The notes under the pieces are model-generated. The model did not search any database and was not told the DNA's origin. It worked only from the letters and a program-made list of their open reading frames with translations. A stretch of DNA of 52,869 nucleotides from a bacterium (lineage in GTDB: Bacteria > Patescibacteriota > Minisyncoccia > CAIUEV01): NCBI GenBank assembly GCA_021779255.1, contig JAJYBC010000001.1, forward strand, positions 1-52,869, in the 5' to 3' direction. Below are positions 37,162 to 44,708 of the stretch, piece after piece. The stretch's first letter is position 1, and every line of letters starts with the position of its first letter. The position numbers and the translations under genes were made by a program.

Positions 37162-37170
37162 TAAAGAAGT

Positions 37171-37467
37171 TTATTTATTATTTGCTCTGATGACTTTTTC
37201 ATCCAAAAATCTTAAAGATTCTTCTACACTACTAAATTTATGGTAATCTCCCTGTGCAATTTCTTTCTCCGACTCTTTTAGCATATCGAGCAAATATTTT
37301 GTCGGTTCTTCATACTGAGAGGAGAAAAAAACCGTTTCTGTTTCGACAAAATGGCGAAGGTAGGCATTGAGTAAACTACTCAGGCTGAAACCCAAATTCT
37401 TGGCGATTTTTTGGGCTTTCTTTTTGATTTTGAGATCGGTTTTGATACTGATTAAAGCGGAGTTCAT
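37171..37467 (-). CDS. RelB/DinJ-family antitoxin
   Basis: ISIKTDLKIKKKAQKIAKNLGFSLSSLLNAYLRHF is a ribbon-helix-helix DinJ-type N-terminus. Confidence 0.7.
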   Translation of the reverse strand: MNSALISIKTDLKIKKKAQKIAKNLGFSLSSLLNAYLRHFVETETVFFSSQYEEPTKYLLDMLKESEKEIAQGDYHKFSSVEESLRFLDEKVIRANNK

Positions 37468-37486
37468 TTTTTTAAATTAAATTATT

Positions 37487-37524
37487 TATACATACAAAGT
37501 ACATACAATGTATACACTTGTCAA
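37487..37524 (-). promoter_or_regulatory. Candidate promoter/operator of the DinJ-RelE pair
   Basis: Minus-strand TTGACA (37519-37524) is followed by two direct repeats TTGTATGTA (plus-strand TACATACAA at 37489 and 37500, 11-bp period). Confidence 0.3.
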
Positions 37525-37540
37525 ATTTTAGAATTTTAAA

Positions 37541-39505
37541 CTATAAAGAAATTTTATTTTTGATTTTGCGTAATTCTCCGATTTCGTCGCGAATAATGGC
37601 GGCTTTTTCGAACTCTAAATTGCGGGCGGCTTCTTTCATCTCTTTCTCCCTTTGTTTTAAGTAGCCATTTAAATCTTCCAATTTTTCCAGTTCAATAAAA
37701 TCTCGCGAAACAGTCGGCTTAATCTCGTGATCGATAATAGATTCGATTTTTTTACGAATTGTTCGAGGAGTAATATGGTTTTTTTGGTTGTAAGCTACTT
37801 GGATTCGGCGGCGACGATTTGTTTCGGAAATAGCTTTTTCCATAGAGCCAGTAATATTGTCGGCGTACAAAATAACTTTGCCTAAAACATTGCGGGCAGC
37901 GCGACCGATGGTTTGAATGAGTGAAGTTTCGCTACGTAAAAACCCTTCTTTATCGGCGTCTAAAATGGCTACTAATATAACTTCCGGTAGATCCAAACCT
38001 TCTCGCAACAAATTAACTCCTACTAAAACATCAAACTCGCCGCGACGCAGATCTTCCAGAATTTTAATACGATCGAGAGTATCAACGTCGGAATGTAAAT
38101 AACGAGTTTTAATTTTTTGTTCCGTTAAAAAATCCGATAAATCCTCGGCCATTTTTTTGGTTAAAGCGGTAATCAGCACCCTGCCCTTTCGTCGAAGAAC
38201 TTCTTTAATTTCTTCTATCAAATCTTGAATTTGATTTTTAGCCGGTTTGATAATCAACTCTGGGTCGACAAGCCCTGTCGGTCGAATAATTTGTTCCACA
38301 GTTTGAGTCGATTTCTCTTTTTCGTATTGGCTGGGGGTGGCGGAAGTAAAAATAACTTGATTAATTTTAGCTTCGAATTCTGTGAATTTAAGTGGTCTAT
38401 TATCAAGAGCGCTGGGCAGACGAAAACCGTTTTGGATTAAAGATTTTTTGCGAGCATGGTCGCCACTCCACATGGCGCCGATTTGTGGCACAGTGACGTG
38501 TGATTCATCAATGATCATCAGAAAATCTTTGGGAAAATAGTCAATAAGGGTGTACGGCGCTTCACCGGCTTTTCGACCGCTTAGATAACGAGAGTAGTTT
38601 TCAATGCCATTACAATAACCGATTTCCTTCATCATCTCTAAATCTTGACGAGTGCGACGTTCAATTCTCTGAGCTTCTAAAAGTTTTTTCCTTTGCGTAA
38701 AATATTTCACGCGCTTATTCAATTCCTGTTCAATTTTTAGAAAAGATTGAGTCATAATTGTTTCGGACACCACGAAATGTTTAGTTGGGTAGAGATAAAA
38801 ATTTTCTAATTCATTTAATCTTTTACCCGTCAGATTATCATATTCGCCAATTTTATTTATTTTGCCACCTTTAATTTCAATCCGATTGATAGTTTCTCGA
38901 GAAGGCGAAATAATCTCAAGAGTTTCTCCGCGGATTCGAAACTTGCCCCGAGCTAGAAATTCAGATCGTTCAAAATGGAGCTCGATTAATTTTTGGATAA
39001 TTTCTTCGCGATTAATTTTATCGCCAACTTGAAATTTTAGAGAAATATCTTTGTAGAAGTCCGGTGAACCTAAACCGTAAATACAAGAAACTGAGGCAAC
39101 AATGATAACATCCTTTCTGGAAAGTAGAGCTGACGTGGAGGCGTGGCGCAGACGATCAATTTCTTCATTAATTTGGACTTCTTTTTCAATGTAAGTATCG
39201 GTGCCGGTAATGTAAGCTTCCGGCTGGTAATAATCATAGTAAGAAACAAAATATTCGACAGCGTTTTTGGGGAAAAAAGCGCGGAATTCTTGAGTGAGTT
39301 GAGCGGCGAGAGTTTTATTATGAGCGATAACTAGTGTCGGTTTTTGTATTTTTTCGATAACCTTGGCCATTGTAAAAGTTTTACCGGAACCGGTGACACC
39401 GAGAAGAGTTTGGAATTTTTGTTGTTGATTTAAACCGGAGACTAATTTATCAATAGCTTTGGGTTGATCGCCGGCGGGTGTGAATTTAGAGGAAGTTTGA
39501 AACAT
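37541..39505 (-). CDS. uvrB: Excinuclease ABC subunit B
   Basis: LLGVTGSGKTFT, DESH, helicase motifs, and the C-terminal UVR domain (FEKAAIIRDEI). Confidence 0.95.
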   Translation of the reverse strand: MFQTSSKFTPAGDQPKAIDKLVSGLNQQQKFQTLLGVTGSGKTFTMAKVIEKIQKPTLVIAHNKTLAAQLTQEFRAFFPKNAVEYFVSYYDYYQPEAYITGTDTYIEKEVQINEEIDRLRHASTSALLSRKDVIIVASVSCIYGLGSPDFYKDISLKFQVGDKINREEIIQKLIELHFERSEFLARGKFRIRGETLEIISPSRETINRIEIKGGKINKIGEYDNLTGKRLNELENFYLYPTKHFVVSETIMTQSFLKIEQELNKRVKYFTQRKKLLEAQRIERRTRQDLEMMKEIGYCNGIENYSRYLSGRKAGEAPYTLIDYFPKDFLMIIDESHVTVPQIGAMWSGDHARKKSLIQNGFRLPSALDNRPLKFTEFEAKINQVIFTSATPSQYEKEKSTQTVEQIIRPTGLVDPELIIKPAKNQIQDLIEEIKEVLRRKGRVLITALTKKMAEDLSDFLTEQKIKTRYLHSDVDTLDRIKILEDLRRGEFDVLVGVNLLREGLDLPEVILVAILDADKEGFLRSETSLIQTIGRAARNVLGKVILYADNITGSMEKAISETNRRRRIQVAYNQKNHITPRTIRKKIESIIDHEIKPTVSRDFIELEKLEDLNGYLKQREKEMKEAARNLEFEKAAIIRDEIGELRKIKNKISL

Positions 39506-39569
39506 GGAGGGTAAATTTTCGTTTTATCTTCTGCACAATCTTTATAATTTCTTTTTTAGGTAGTTTAGC

Positions 39570-39602
39570 ATAAAAATAAAAAGCCCGATCGATGATCAGG
39601 CT
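39570..39602 (-). terminator. Rho-independent terminator, sequence-related to the one at 10511-10543
   Basis: Minus strand AGCCUGAUC-AUC-GAUCGGGCU followed by UUUUUAUUUUU. Shares AAAAAGCC(T/C)GATC...GATCAGGCT with 10516-10542. Confidence 0.65.
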
Positions 39603-39635
39603 ATGGTTTGAAAACAAATTACGAAGGTAATTTTG

Positions 39636-39851
39636 TTAGCGGATGTCTATGCGCATGCCGATATCGGCAGTGGCGCTGGCCATGATAAAGAAAAGATTGT
39701 TTTGGCGATGAAAGTATTCCATCTCTAGCTCGTAAGTATCTTCCCAAGAGGTGAGAACTCCGTCCTCGTGAAAATATTTTTGACGATGAATCTCTTCATC
39801 TTCCTCGAAAGCCTCAATTCCTTTAGTCACGAAATCATTTTTTTTAGACAT
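39636..39851 (-). CDS. Hypothetical small acidic protein (71 aa)
   Basis: ORF with its own terminator. No motif recognised. Confidence 0.4.
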   Translation of the reverse strand: MSKKNDFVTKGIEAFEEDEEIHRQKYFHEDGVLTSWEDTYELEMEYFHRQNNLFFIMASATADIGMRIDIR

Positions 39852-40050
39852 AGCTACTCCCTTCGTATTCTAAAACAAAAACATAGTAACAAGGTTGATT
39901 ATCGCATAGATAAACAAATTGTCAAGATGAGTGTCGCATAATAAGGAGGTGACGACAGTGGAGAAATATTTTAACACAAAAAACAAAACAAACACTAACA
40001 AAATAGTAGTGACGCCATAGATGATATAGTACTTTGTCGGATATTTCTAT

Positions 40051-40287
40051 TTACTTCTTTTCCAGTTTAGGAGGCATAAGAAGCATATAAATAGCCGAAA
40101 CGCCAACTAATAAATAAATAATTCTCGACAAAGTGGTTCCTTCTCCAAAAATATTAGCAACGAGGTCAAGCTTAATCAATCCAACGAGACCCCAATTTAG
40201 GCCACCAATAATTAGGAGAATAAAAGCAATCCAACTAATTTCGTCTTTTTTGGCTTTTTCCTTGTTATTTTCATCCATGGTTGTCAC
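40051..40287 (-). CDS. DUF378 family small membrane protein
   Basis: IIGGLNWGLVGLIKLDLV is the DUF378 signature. 78 aa, 2 TM. Confidence 0.7.
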   Translation of the reverse strand: MTTMDENNKEKAKKDEISWIAFILLIIGGLNWGLVGLIKLDLVANIFGEGTTLSRIIYLLVGVSAIYMLLMPPKLEKK

Positions 40288-40319
40288 CCCCTTTCATAAG
40301 ATATTTATTTGTGAATAAA

Positions 40320-40892
40320 TTACCAATTTTCGCAAATTATCTCAAAATAGGCTTGTGGATGTGCGCAGGCGGGACATTCGTTGGGAGCTTCGATTCCTTC
40401 TTGAATAAAACCGCAATTTCGACAACGCCAAGTGGCAGGAGCATTTTTTTGAAAGACTTTTTTCTCTTCAATATTTTTCATTAAAGCCAGATATCTTTTT
40501 TCGTGACCGACTTCCGCTTGGGCGATGCGACGAAAAATTTCAGCAACGATCGGCATATTTTCTTGTTCGGCGATTTTAGCAAATTCCGGATACATTTGAG
40601 TGTGTTCATAATTTTCTCCCGCGGCTGAAGCTCTAAGATTTTCAAGGGTCGTTCCAATAATTCCGGCGGGAAAATCGGCTTGAATTTCCACTTCCCCTCC
40701 TTCTAAAAGTTTGAATAATCTTTTAGCGTGTTCTTTCTCATTGTCAGCTGTTTCGAGAAAAATAGCTGAAATTTGTTCATACCCCTCTTTTTTGGCGACG
40801 GAGGCAAAAAAAGTGTAACGATTACGCGCTTGTGATTCCCCCGCAAAAGCGGTGAGAATATTTTTTTCGGTTTGAGTGTTTTTAAGAGACAT
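40320..40892 (-). CDS. rbr: Rubrerythrin
   Basis: Ferritin-like ExxH pairs (EKEHAKR, EVGHEKR) plus a C-terminal rubredoxin-like CRNCG...CPACAH. Confidence 0.9.
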   Translation of the reverse strand: MSLKNTQTEKNILTAFAGESQARNRYTFFASVAKKEGYEQISAIFLETADNEKEHAKRLFKLLEGGEVEIQADFPAGIIGTTLENLRASAAGENYEHTQMYPEFAKIAEQENMPIVAEIFRRIAQAEVGHEKRYLALMKNIEEKKVFQKNAPATWRCRNCGFIQEGIEAPNECPACAHPQAYFEIICENW

Positions 40893-41055
40893 ATTAGTAA
40901 ATTATTTTTAGTACCAATAAACATATTAATAATTTCTAATTCAATTAAGATCTAATTTGAATATTAAATATTAAATCTTAATTTTTTTTGATTTGGTCTT
41001 AGAAATTTTATTAGGTGAACCTGCCTACCGGCAGGCAGGTTAGAAATTTATCTTA

Positions 41056-41304
41056 CTATATTTCCACCAACTTCGTTCTCACTGCATATAGCGCATCTAA
41101 TTTTTTAGCCAAAACCTTCTTATCCCCAGAAGTGCCTACTAACTCTAAAATAATTAAGCCTTCGTCGGAGCAAACATCCCCTACTCCGTCGTGAATGCCA
41201 AGGCGAGTCTTGATGCAACAACCGCTCGCCGTTAAGATTTTTTGAATTTCAACAGCAACATCGCGACGTTTACCGACTGCAATAATCAAAATACTTTTTT
41301 TCAT
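41056..41304 (-). CDS. Small ACT/NikR-C-like regulator (TM1266-like)
   Basis: 82 aa. The pattern ILIIAVGKRRDVAVEIQKIL...RLGIHD...GLIILEL...KLDALYAVRTKL resembles the TM1266 family as I recall it. Confidence 0.35.
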   Translation of the reverse strand: MKKSILIIAVGKRRDVAVEIQKILTASGCCIKTRLGIHDGVGDVCSDEGLIILELVGTSGDKKVLAKKLDALYAVRTKLVEI

Positions 41305-41318
41305 AAATTTGATGAAGA

Positions 41319-41582
41319 CTAAAATTGGCTTTTAGGTTCTTCAGGAGAAGACATCTCGCCGGAAATTGTAGGCTCTTCAATAGCGACTTCAGCAACTGGT
41401 GTAGTGGAAACTGGTGTTTCGGCGGCCATCGTCTCGACGACCGGTGTTGCAGCCATCGTTCCTTCTTCGATTTCCAATTGCATCGGTTGTCCGCAGCAAA
41501 CCAACTCCCCAGCTCCGTTTTGAACTACTTTAACAACGTTGCCACAGACATTGCAACGGTAAACTTGGTCTTTCTCAGTCAT
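41319..41582 (-). CDS. Desulforedoxin-domain protein with a low-complexity C-terminal tail
   Basis: YRCNVCGNVVKVVQNGAGELVCCGQPMQL is the Dx Fe(Cys)4 motif, followed by a ~50 aa A/T/P/E/V-rich tail. Confidence 0.75.
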   Translation of the reverse strand: MTEKDQVYRCNVCGNVVKVVQNGAGELVCCGQPMQLEIEEGTMAATPVVETMAAETPVSTTPVAEVAIEEPTISGEMSSPEEPKSQF

Positions 41583-41649
41583 TTTTTTATTTTAAAATTT
41601 AAATTATTTTACATATTCATAATAACATATGTTTTTGAAAAAGTTTAAT

Positions 41650-41726
41650 TGGTCGGGGTACTGGGACTTGAACCCAGAATCTCCTGCTCCCAAAGCAGGC
41701 GCCTTAGCCAATTAGGCCATACCCCG
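41650..41726 (-). tRNA. tRNA-Pro (anticodon UGG), CCA encoded
   Basis: Reverse complement CGGGGUAUGGCCUAAUUGGCUAAGGCG, anticodon arm CCUGC-UUUGGGA-GCAGG, ending ...UACCCCGACCA. Confidence 0.9.
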
Positions 41727-41733
41727 ATTTCTG

Positions 41734-41806
41734 AGCCGTTGGGCGGACTTGAACCGCCGACCTACTCCTTACCATGGAGTTGCTCTACCAACTGAGCTAC
41801 AACGGC
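41734..41806 (-). tRNA. tRNA-Thr (anticodon GGU)
   Basis: Reverse complement GCCGUUGUAGCUCAGUUGGUAGAGCA, anticodon arm ACUCC-AUGGUAA-GGAGU, T arm GGCGG-UUCAAGU-CCGCC. Confidence 0.9.
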
Positions 41807-41945
41807 GAAAGAAAACTACTATTATAAATAACGGCTTTTTTTAGAAATTACAATATTTAAGAAAATTCAACTTGATAATTTTAGTTTTATTTTTTTATTT
41901 TTATGTTAGTATGCTTAATATAACAAAAATTGCTAGTCAGATATT

Positions 41946-42584
41946 ATGCAAAACAAAAACATCCTTGAAATTTTAAAGTGGCCGTTGTCTCTTATCGTTA
42001 TTTTTCTCACACTGGGTGGTCTGGGAAGTTGGTTTATTTTTTGGAAAGTGGACAAAGAAGAAGAAAAGTTGGATTTGGCTAAAGAAAATTATCGATTAAC
42101 GGCGTTACAAATCCGATCAATAGACGAAATAAAAAAAAATCATGACAGCAGTCAGTATTTAAAAACAGAATTGGATAAAATGACTCTCAATCAAGCCAAC
42201 ACTCTTGACTTAATTGAGGAATTGGAAAAAGTGGCCGTTTCTTTAGGCTTAACTTTAAAAACCAGCGTGGGAGAAAACCCTAATTCTTCGTCGGGTAATA
42301 TTAAAAACCTTCAAGACAAAACAGTTAAAGCGGGATCAAACCAAGATTCTAACAAAAAAAATGAAGATCAAGTCTGGCTTGATCTAGAGACAGAAGGTCG
42401 TTTTAATGACATTCGAAAATTCGTTTTCTATTTGGAAAATTCACAGAAATTAGTTTTAATTGCCAGCCTAAGCTTATCTCAAGGTCAAGTTTTATTGCCG
42501 GAAGAAGTTTTTAAGGATCCAACAAATAATTTTTCAAATGAAGATTTAAAAGTGGAAATTTTGATAACTAACCAGTTTAATTAA
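41946..42584 (+). CDS. Membrane-anchored protein, PilO-like (type IV pilus assembly) candidate
   Basis: N-terminal TM, coiled coil, then a C-terminal block VWLDLETEGRFNDIRKFVFYLENSQKLVLIASLSL reminiscent of PilO. Confidence 0.35.
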   Translation: MQNKNILEILKWPLSLIVIFLTLGGLGSWFIFWKVDKEEEKLDLAKENYRLTALQIRSIDEIKKNHDSSQYLKTELDKMTLNQANTLDLIEELEKVAVSLGLTLKTSVGENPNSSSGNIKNLQDKTVKAGSNQDSNKKNEDQVWLDLETEGRFNDIRKFVFYLENSQKLVLIASLSLSQGQVLLPEEVFKDPTNNFSNEDLKVEILITNQFN

Positions 42585-42591
42585 TTCTTTT

Positions 42592-42840
42592 ATGTTATTT
42601 TTTAATCAAACGAGAAGTTGCGCTCCCAAAATGGCTTTTTTAGTGTTTGTGGCTATTTTGCTTCTAGCTTTTTGGGGTATTTTTTATTTCGGAATTCGTT
42701 TTTTGAATGTAGGTTCTTCTCTTTCAGAAATAAATTCTAACGATCAAAATCAGAAAGTTATTTTAGAAATTGACAAGGGCGGAGAAATTACTAAAATGAT
42801 TCAAATAAGAGCAGAAAATAGGAAGAAATTGGGAGAATGA
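42592..42840 (+). CDS. Hypothetical small membrane protein
   Basis: 82 aa with a single TM (MAFLVFVAILLLAFWGIFYFGI). Confidence 0.4.
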   Translation: MLFFNQTRSCAPKMAFLVFVAILLLAFWGIFYFGIRFLNVGSSLSEINSNDQNQKVILEIDKGGEITKMIQIRAENRKKLGE

Positions 42841-42859
42841 ATTAAATTTATATTTTTTT

Positions 42860-43744
42860 ATGCTTTTATCTATTATCATCCCTGTTTTTTTTGGTGAAGA
42901 AATTTTTGAAAAATGTTTGGAAACTTTAACTAAAAGCGCTAAAGGTGTTATTGGTCGTGATTGGGAAATTCTCGTTTTAAATAACGGTTTTGAGCCAAAA
43001 CGTTTTCAAGAATTGAAAGAAACTTATTCGCAAATAAAATTTTTTAACAAAGGAGAAAATTTAGGTTTTGCCAAGGGAAACAACTTTCTCTGGCGAAAAA
43101 GTCGAGGCAAATATGTTTTAATGATCAATCAAGATGTCTTTATTACTAAAAAAAATATTGAAAAACTAACTTGGTTTTTAGAAAAAAATTCAAAATATGC
43201 TTGTGTTGCTCCCAAGTTAATTTTAGAAAACGGTGAGGCTCAGTTTTCTTGTCGTCCTTTTCCCACCGGTTTTTGGTTTTTAATTGCAGATTTTTTTAAT
43301 CGAGGCCAAAAATATCGTCGTTTTTATTCTCCATTCAAAAGTCAAGAAGTGGAACAACCGATGGCCAGCTGTTTACTTTGGCGTCGAAAAAATTTAAAAA
43401 AATTAAAAGGTTTCGATGAACATCCCCATTTTTTTCTCTATTTTAACGATGTGGATTTAAGCTATCGTTTGAGTCAAATGAAAGGTCGGAGTTACTTTTT
43501 AACTTCAGCCGAAGCGACTCATTTGCACGGACAGAGCGCCCTATTGTTAAAAGAATTGAAGCGACTTTCTCTTTGGTATAAAGGGCTTGGTCGTTTTTGG
43601 TTTAAAATGAACGATCATTTTTTTTGGGCTTATTTTCGTTCTTTCTGGGTGACTTTCTTGTTAAGTCTGATTAAAACTGGTCAATTTTTGGTTAGTAAAT
43701 TTTTTTTGCTCAAATCAAAAAAAAGAAATAAGGTGAAAGAGTAA
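42860..43744 (+). CDS. Glycosyltransferase family 2
   Basis: LSIIIPVF..., NLGFAKGNN and INQDV (DxD-like) are GT-A features. Confidence 0.75.
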   Translation: MLLSIIIPVFFGEEIFEKCLETLTKSAKGVIGRDWEILVLNNGFEPKRFQELKETYSQIKFFNKGENLGFAKGNNFLWRKSRGKYVLMINQDVFITKKNIEKLTWFLEKNSKYACVAPKLILENGEAQFSCRPFPTGFWFLIADFFNRGQKYRRFYSPFKSQEVEQPMASCLLWRRKNLKKLKGFDEHPHFFLYFNDVDLSYRLSQMKGRSYFLTSAEATHLHGQSALLLKELKRLSLWYKGLGRFWFKMNDHFFWAYFRSFWVTFLLSLIKTGQFLVSKFFLLKSKKRNKVKE

Positions 43745-43752
43745 GAAATTAA

Positions 43753-43958
43753 AAAAGCCCTTCACATTTTTGGAAACATGAAACTGTAGACAATCTTCTC
43801 ATCTCTTTGGATGGGAGGGAAGAGTTCCCGAGGAATATTCCAGTCGCGCCAAAATATCCTTAAATTCTAGGAACCCTCCCGAGGCAACTTTTTATAAGAG
43901 GCATCGCCCCATCGTCTACAGATTCTTGTTCCCCTTTGTGAGGGCTTTTGTGCTTTTT
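43753..43958 (+). ncRNA. Structured small RNA candidate (rod-like, 6S-RNA-like architecture)
   Basis: Long-range pairings: AAAAGCCCUUCACA with UGUGAGGGCUUUU (13 bp, one bulge), CUGUAGAC with GUCUACAG (8 bp), and GGGAGGG with CCCUCCC. Followed by a U-run. Confidence 0.3.
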
Positions 43959-44000
43959 TATTCGAACGAATAATTAAAGCACTAGTTTAAATTTTGTCAA

Positions 44001-44399
44001 GTGAAAACAAATTTTTTGGGTCTTGATTTTGGTCAAAAAAGAGTGGGTGTGGCTATTGCTTTGGAAGGTATTTTGGCCTCCAGTATAGCTATTTTGGAGA
44101 ATGATAAAAAATTTTGGTTAAAACTTAGTAAACTGGTAGAGGAAGAAAAAATCAAAGTTATTGTAGTTGGCTGGCCACTTTCTCTGGATGGGTCTTTCTC
44201 CTCTCAAACTCAAAAAACCGCGGAATTTATGGATGTTCTCACTCAAAAATTTCCGAAAGTGAAGATTGAAAAACAGGATGAAAGGATGAGCTCTATAGAG
44301 GCGCGAAAAAATTTGTCTTCTTCCTCTCCCCTACCCTTTATTGACGCTGAGTCGGCTCGGATAATTTTACAATCTTATCTGGACAGTCGAAAAGAGTAG
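44001..44399 (+). CDS. ruvX: Holliday junction resolvase-like RuvX (YqgF)
   Basis: FLGLDFGQKRVGVAIA ... IVVGWPLSLDGS ... DERMSS. GTG start per the track. Confidence 0.85.
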   Translation: MKTNFLGLDFGQKRVGVAIALEGILASSIAILENDKKFWLKLSKLVEEEKIKVIVVGWPLSLDGSFSSQTQKTAEFMDVLTQKFPKVKIEKQDERMSSIEARKNLSSSSPLPFIDAESARIILQSYLDSRKE

Positions 44400-44708
44400 A
44401 AGTTTTGAGATGTTTATCGAGGGGGGGCGTATGTAATACGCTCGTACAATTTATAATACGTTTGTATTGAAATTTATTTTTTGCCTTTTTTTATTTTTTT
44501 ATCTAAAATGAAATTAGGCTAATTTTGGTTAATTAAAAAGGAAGAAATTTTTAAAGCTCTGTGCCTCGGAGAGAGGAGCAGAGTTTTTTACACTCTAACT
44601 ATAAATGTTCTTTTTAATAAATAGCGAATTAAAAATAACAAAAAAATCCTAAATCAAGCAATGTTAATAAAGAGTAAAAAGACAATAAATATATAATTAA
44701 CAACCTCT

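Noticed and set aside
44400-44708. NrdR boxes or a cobalamin riboswitch upstream of nrdD.
   Set aside because: ACACTCTAACTATAAATGT only loosely resembles one NrdR half-palindrome, no second box is present, and no B12-box is recognisable. The hairpin plus U-run at about 44559-44595 is noted, but its role (terminator or attenuator) cannot be decided by eye.
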